Source of the DNA: Macrostomum lignano
Taxonomy: Eukaryota
Assembly (NCBI GenBank): GCA_002269645.1
Contig: NIVC01002685.1
Coordinates: 1-38,274 of the forward strand
Length of the DNA: 38,274 nt
Reading direction: 5' to 3'
Below the pieces are notes generated by a model, which had not been told where the DNA came from, did no database searches, and saw only the letters and a program-made list of their open reading frames with translations. Each line of letters opens with the position of its first letter. Position 1 is the first letter of the stretch. Positions 22,121 to 38,274 of the stretch are shown here, in pieces. The translations under genes were made by a program, and so were the position numbers.

Positions 22121-23247
22121 TACAATAATAATTAAAAAAAAACCTCTGAATCGCTACTTAACCTGGCATATTAGATACAGGTCAATAAATATGATAAATA
22201 AACAGACTACAATGTGCGTGTGATTGGACAGAGTGAACTTAAAAACTGAAGGCTAAAAAAGAAATGAATAAAAGTACAAGTATTAGTGAAGAAGAACTCT
22301 CAAACGCGAGCATTTTTGGCTACTTATTGTCAATTGTGTAACACAGCAAATCAATAATATGATGAAAACTTGCGAGCGCAGCTTCATCTCGCTATATACT
22401 ACTGCTGATTGGCCCACTGTAAACAGTAGCATATAAAGTGCATATAGTGAGGGAAGAACCGTTCCATTATTATATATAGGCAGCTTTATTAATAAGAGAG
22501 ATCGAGCCTGAACGAGTGAAATTATATTATTATCATTATATATTACTTACTAACACAGATAATAGAATAACTGGATGGGTCACTCAGCGTGTAAGCTACT
22601 TTCAGTTCAGTAGTAATTTAAACTGAAGCATTTTAATGTATTTTTAAAGCCAAGGCTTATTTATTGGCTCTTACCCCTGCCCCCAGCTTAAACCCTCCAA
22701 CCGCGCCTTTCCACACTGCCCCCCGCCCCGCCCCAAATTTTAATTGCCTTTCTCGGAATTCCAGCTAAAGCTGCCAAAAGTGGACTGGCCAATGTACATT
22801 ATTGGTGAACCAATTAGCAAGCTGTTTACGCCTGCAAGCTTGGGCTTCTAAACTTATTAAAGTCATTTCAGTTGCTTTATTTTTTATAAAATAGCTTATG
22901 TATTCTTCTTTGCTACTGAACTGTAAGTAGAAAGCTGTTTTACTAAGTATATGCCTGAGTGGCCCATCTAGTTAATTTAGTATCTGTGCTAACTACTTAA
23001 TACGCTATCTAGATATAAGCCGCAAAAAAGGAATGAAGCAAAAATGGGATATACGAGCTAACAGAGAGTTCGCGGAGACGCGGAGAGATAAAGTCAGGTA
23101 TCCAGGTAGAAACGATGCTTCATCGAGACGCTGAGTCTCAAATAATCGTAAATTTAAAAAAAGCACGCGACACCTCTAGAATGAAGTTCGAAATTTGAGT
23201 CTTTGTTTGTGTGTGTTTGTCTGGTTGGCGATTGTCGCTCACAGCTC

Positions 23248-34787
<11,540 letters not shown>

Positions 34788-36419
34788 GATGGCTATTGAT
34801 TGTTTTCACCAATTTTGATTGCGTTGATTAGCTGCAATATTTTAAAAGGCCATTCCATATAGTATATTTATATTCATATTAGGATAGAAATATGATAAAT
34901 AATAATATTGTAAAGTGATCAACAAAAATATAAATAATATAATTTACAATTAATTTACAATTTTGCAACCTTTAAAAGACCTAAAAGATTATTACCAAAA
35001 ACATAGACATGGTGCCACCTACCCAATTTCATCCTAGCTGGTTTGAAGGTTGGGCTATAATATATTGATTCCTGGGAAAACATTTCTCCATTTCTTCTCC
35101 TGTCCCTGCTGTTTGGTTGGGACCAACTGTGAGCCACAATAAATTATAAAGCCTTGTCTCTTTTCATTGAAGACCACTGTTGGTTGCAACAGAAGGGTAG
35201 CAGGAATCCAAAGTGGTTGGTATGAGAGGCTTTTAAAAACCACCAAAAATGACTTGTTTCAACTAACACTGCAATGTTGGTGATCATAGACTATATCACT
35301 ATACTATACTATAGTAATACCAATATTAATACCATTAACAATAATCAAGAAGGCCTATATAGTTTTTTTCTTTATTTATTGCTTATTTAAGCATTTGAAA
35401 TATTTTATTAAATAATATATTTCCTTAAGACTTTAAGTCCCTAGCCTCCTGCATTCAATCTATTGTAACCTAATCTAGTCTATTAGTGCACATACTATAT
35501 GGTTTCCATGCTTTTTAGTACCTATGCTTTTAAGTGCCTTGCATTTTGGTATCCTAGATTGCTTTTTGGTGCCTTAGTTTATGACCAGGGTCTAGATCAT
35601 ATAGTAGTATACACTGAAACAAGAATTCTATCTTAGCTAAATATATGCCAATGTATACCAAAAACAAAAATTTCCCTACAAATGTATGCCAAAAGTTTCT
35701 CCTAAAAGTCATTTGGTTTTCATGAGCTAAGCTTTCTAAAAAAGGTTTTTGTACAAAAAGTCTTTTTAAAATATTATGAATCTTTCATTTTAAACAAATT
35801 TAAATTTTACCTAAAATAATAATGCAAAATTTATGTTTTTAGCAATAATTTTTACTAATTGTATTTATTGTAAATTTTAAAGAAACAAAAAGTTTATCAC
35901 TGACTTTTTATAGACTATACGAAATTTCTTCTGTTTTACATTAAAGTGTTAATTTACAATATAATTTTCATGCACAGCATGATTTTTTCACCAAAATTTA
36001 TATGCCAAAAAATTGTATGAATTTTTTGTATACCAAAATTTGTACGCCAACTTTAAAAGGGGTTGTTTGTATGCCAGAATTTTTTGGACACTGGAATTCC
36101 AGAATATGCTGGAATTTTCTGGCATATATATAACTTTTCAAAGTCTAGGTTTATGATGCCTAAATAATAAAGTAATCTTATTACAAGATAATAAATGTTT
36201 TCTAAAACTTCTTAGTTAGGTAACAATGATATGTAACAATGATTTTATATATAGTTTTTATCAAAACTATGAAATGTGACAAATATCTTAGTACCAATTT
36301 GATTTTTTGAGTAACATGCAATCATGTTTTGGTTTCTCAATAGATTTAAATAGCAGAGTCAACTTAACAAAATGAATAATACTTTAGTTATGTCGTAGGG
36401 CTTACTTCTGCCTCTACTA

Positions 36420-36960
36420 ATATTCTCCCACTATTGTCACCAAAGTTGACGTAGGGCTCCGTCTTTCTATACAATCCCACCGCTGTCACTAAAGTTGTGC
36501 TGGTGGTTAACTTCTGTCCCTACAAATGATTTCACCGCTGTCACTAAGTTGTTGCAGGGGTTATTCCTTTTTGTTAATATTGCTGGTTATTACTTGACCT
36601 CTACTTGTAGTGCATGTACTTCTATTGGTAGTGTATGTACTTTTATTGGTAGCGTCTGTACTTCTATTGGTAGCGTATGTACTTTTACTGTACTTTCGGG
36701 CCTGAGCGGTCTCTTAGGCACTGTCTATTCTATTCCTATACTCTAAAGATTCAGTCCTGGGCGTTCCGGATCAGAGGGTCACAGCGCACTTCGCTGGGTA
36801 TTCTGCCCTGAGGTGGGTTTCTCAGACTCTGAGTCTGGACTTCTCTACCCTGTGGTAGGATTTCTGCCTTCTACAGGCGATTTCTCAGATCCTAGATCTG
36901 GTTGTCTCGTTCACTAAGAACGGGTTGAACTCTCTCAATTTTGAGGCTTCTGATGCTTCC
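36420..36960 (-). pseudogene. Possible decayed Gln-rich coding relic (perhaps retroelement gag/ORF1-like) containing a 21-bp x4 repeat
   Basis: One minus frame reads ERDNQI*DLRNRL*KAEILPQGRE..EVRCDPLIRNAQD*IFRV*E*NRQCLRDR..VQ*KYIRYQ*KYRRYQ*KYIHYQ*K.., which looks protein-like if the stops are read as Gln or Arg. No family recognised. Confidence 0.3.
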
Positions 36961-37408
36961 TAAAATAACTAAGTCAGTGAGTATTGAGCAATATACTAGA
37001 ACAGTTTTAGGCTTGAAGCCAACGAAGCACAAGTTGCACCAGTTGCTCTCCTTCTTATTCAGCTCGTGTATTTATACTCCTCTCGATTTGGTCTTTTAAA
37101 CAAATAAAATTTCATAATATTTAAAATATTTACAATATTACTAATATTATACGTGTTAAAACAAAATAGTCTAGTTTCAAATACACTATTTTCTAGGAAA
37201 CGAACAATGTTAAAATAAGGCCTACCTCAACTGCCTTCCCTAAGACAATATTTATGAACAAAAATTTACAAAAAATTTGACGTGAGTAAAATTGTCAAAA
37301 TCTAAGTAAAATATTTAAGCAGCACACAAAATGATAAATTGATATTTTCAAGGCAAAAGTAAGTATGTCAAGCAGTACACTAAGGCAAAAGTAAAAAGAC
37401 AAAATTAG

Positions 37409-38274
<866 letters not shown>

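Noticed and set aside
35640-36130. Degenerate TATGCCAAAA repeats and a small inverted repeat (tatgccagaa..ttctggcata, 36070-36126) upstream of SERCA as a MITE or Helitron end
   Set aside because: Too short and AT-rich to define element boundaries or target-site duplications.

Overview
Eukaryotic (invertebrate animal) genomic DNA containing three intact protein-coding genes. (1) A multi-exon kainate-type ionotropic glutamate receptor subunit on + (4561-14814; 16 well-supported exons plus a less certain terminal exon). (2) An intronless biogenic-amine GPCR on - (18329-19786), most similar in motifs to alpha1-like/OAMB-type octopamine receptors. (3) A complete 10-exon SERCA Ca2+-ATPase on - (23248-34787, about 1020 aa). 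Most introns longer than about 240 nt are filled by their own micro/minisatellite, while introns of 73-180 nt carry none. Intergenic DNA holds a decayed mariner transposon, further tandem arrays and several decayed coding relics. GC-rich exons with Ala/Gln/Gly runs and satellite-stuffed introns suggest a flatworm such as Macrostomum, but that is inference only. Most long ORFs in the supplied track are repeat artefacts. No rRNA, tRNA or CRISPR array is supported. Most interesting signals: (a) an apparent CpA/TpG->TpA (RIP-like) mutational signature in non-genic DNA and coding relics; (b) mutually complementary satellite arrays in introns flanking iGluR exons 4-5; (c) a SERCA intron made almost entirely of about 50 copies of its own 3' splice site; (d) a small dispersed element that appears to seed intronic minisatellites. 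All exon structures and counts were derived by hand and need RNA-seq or alignment confirmation.
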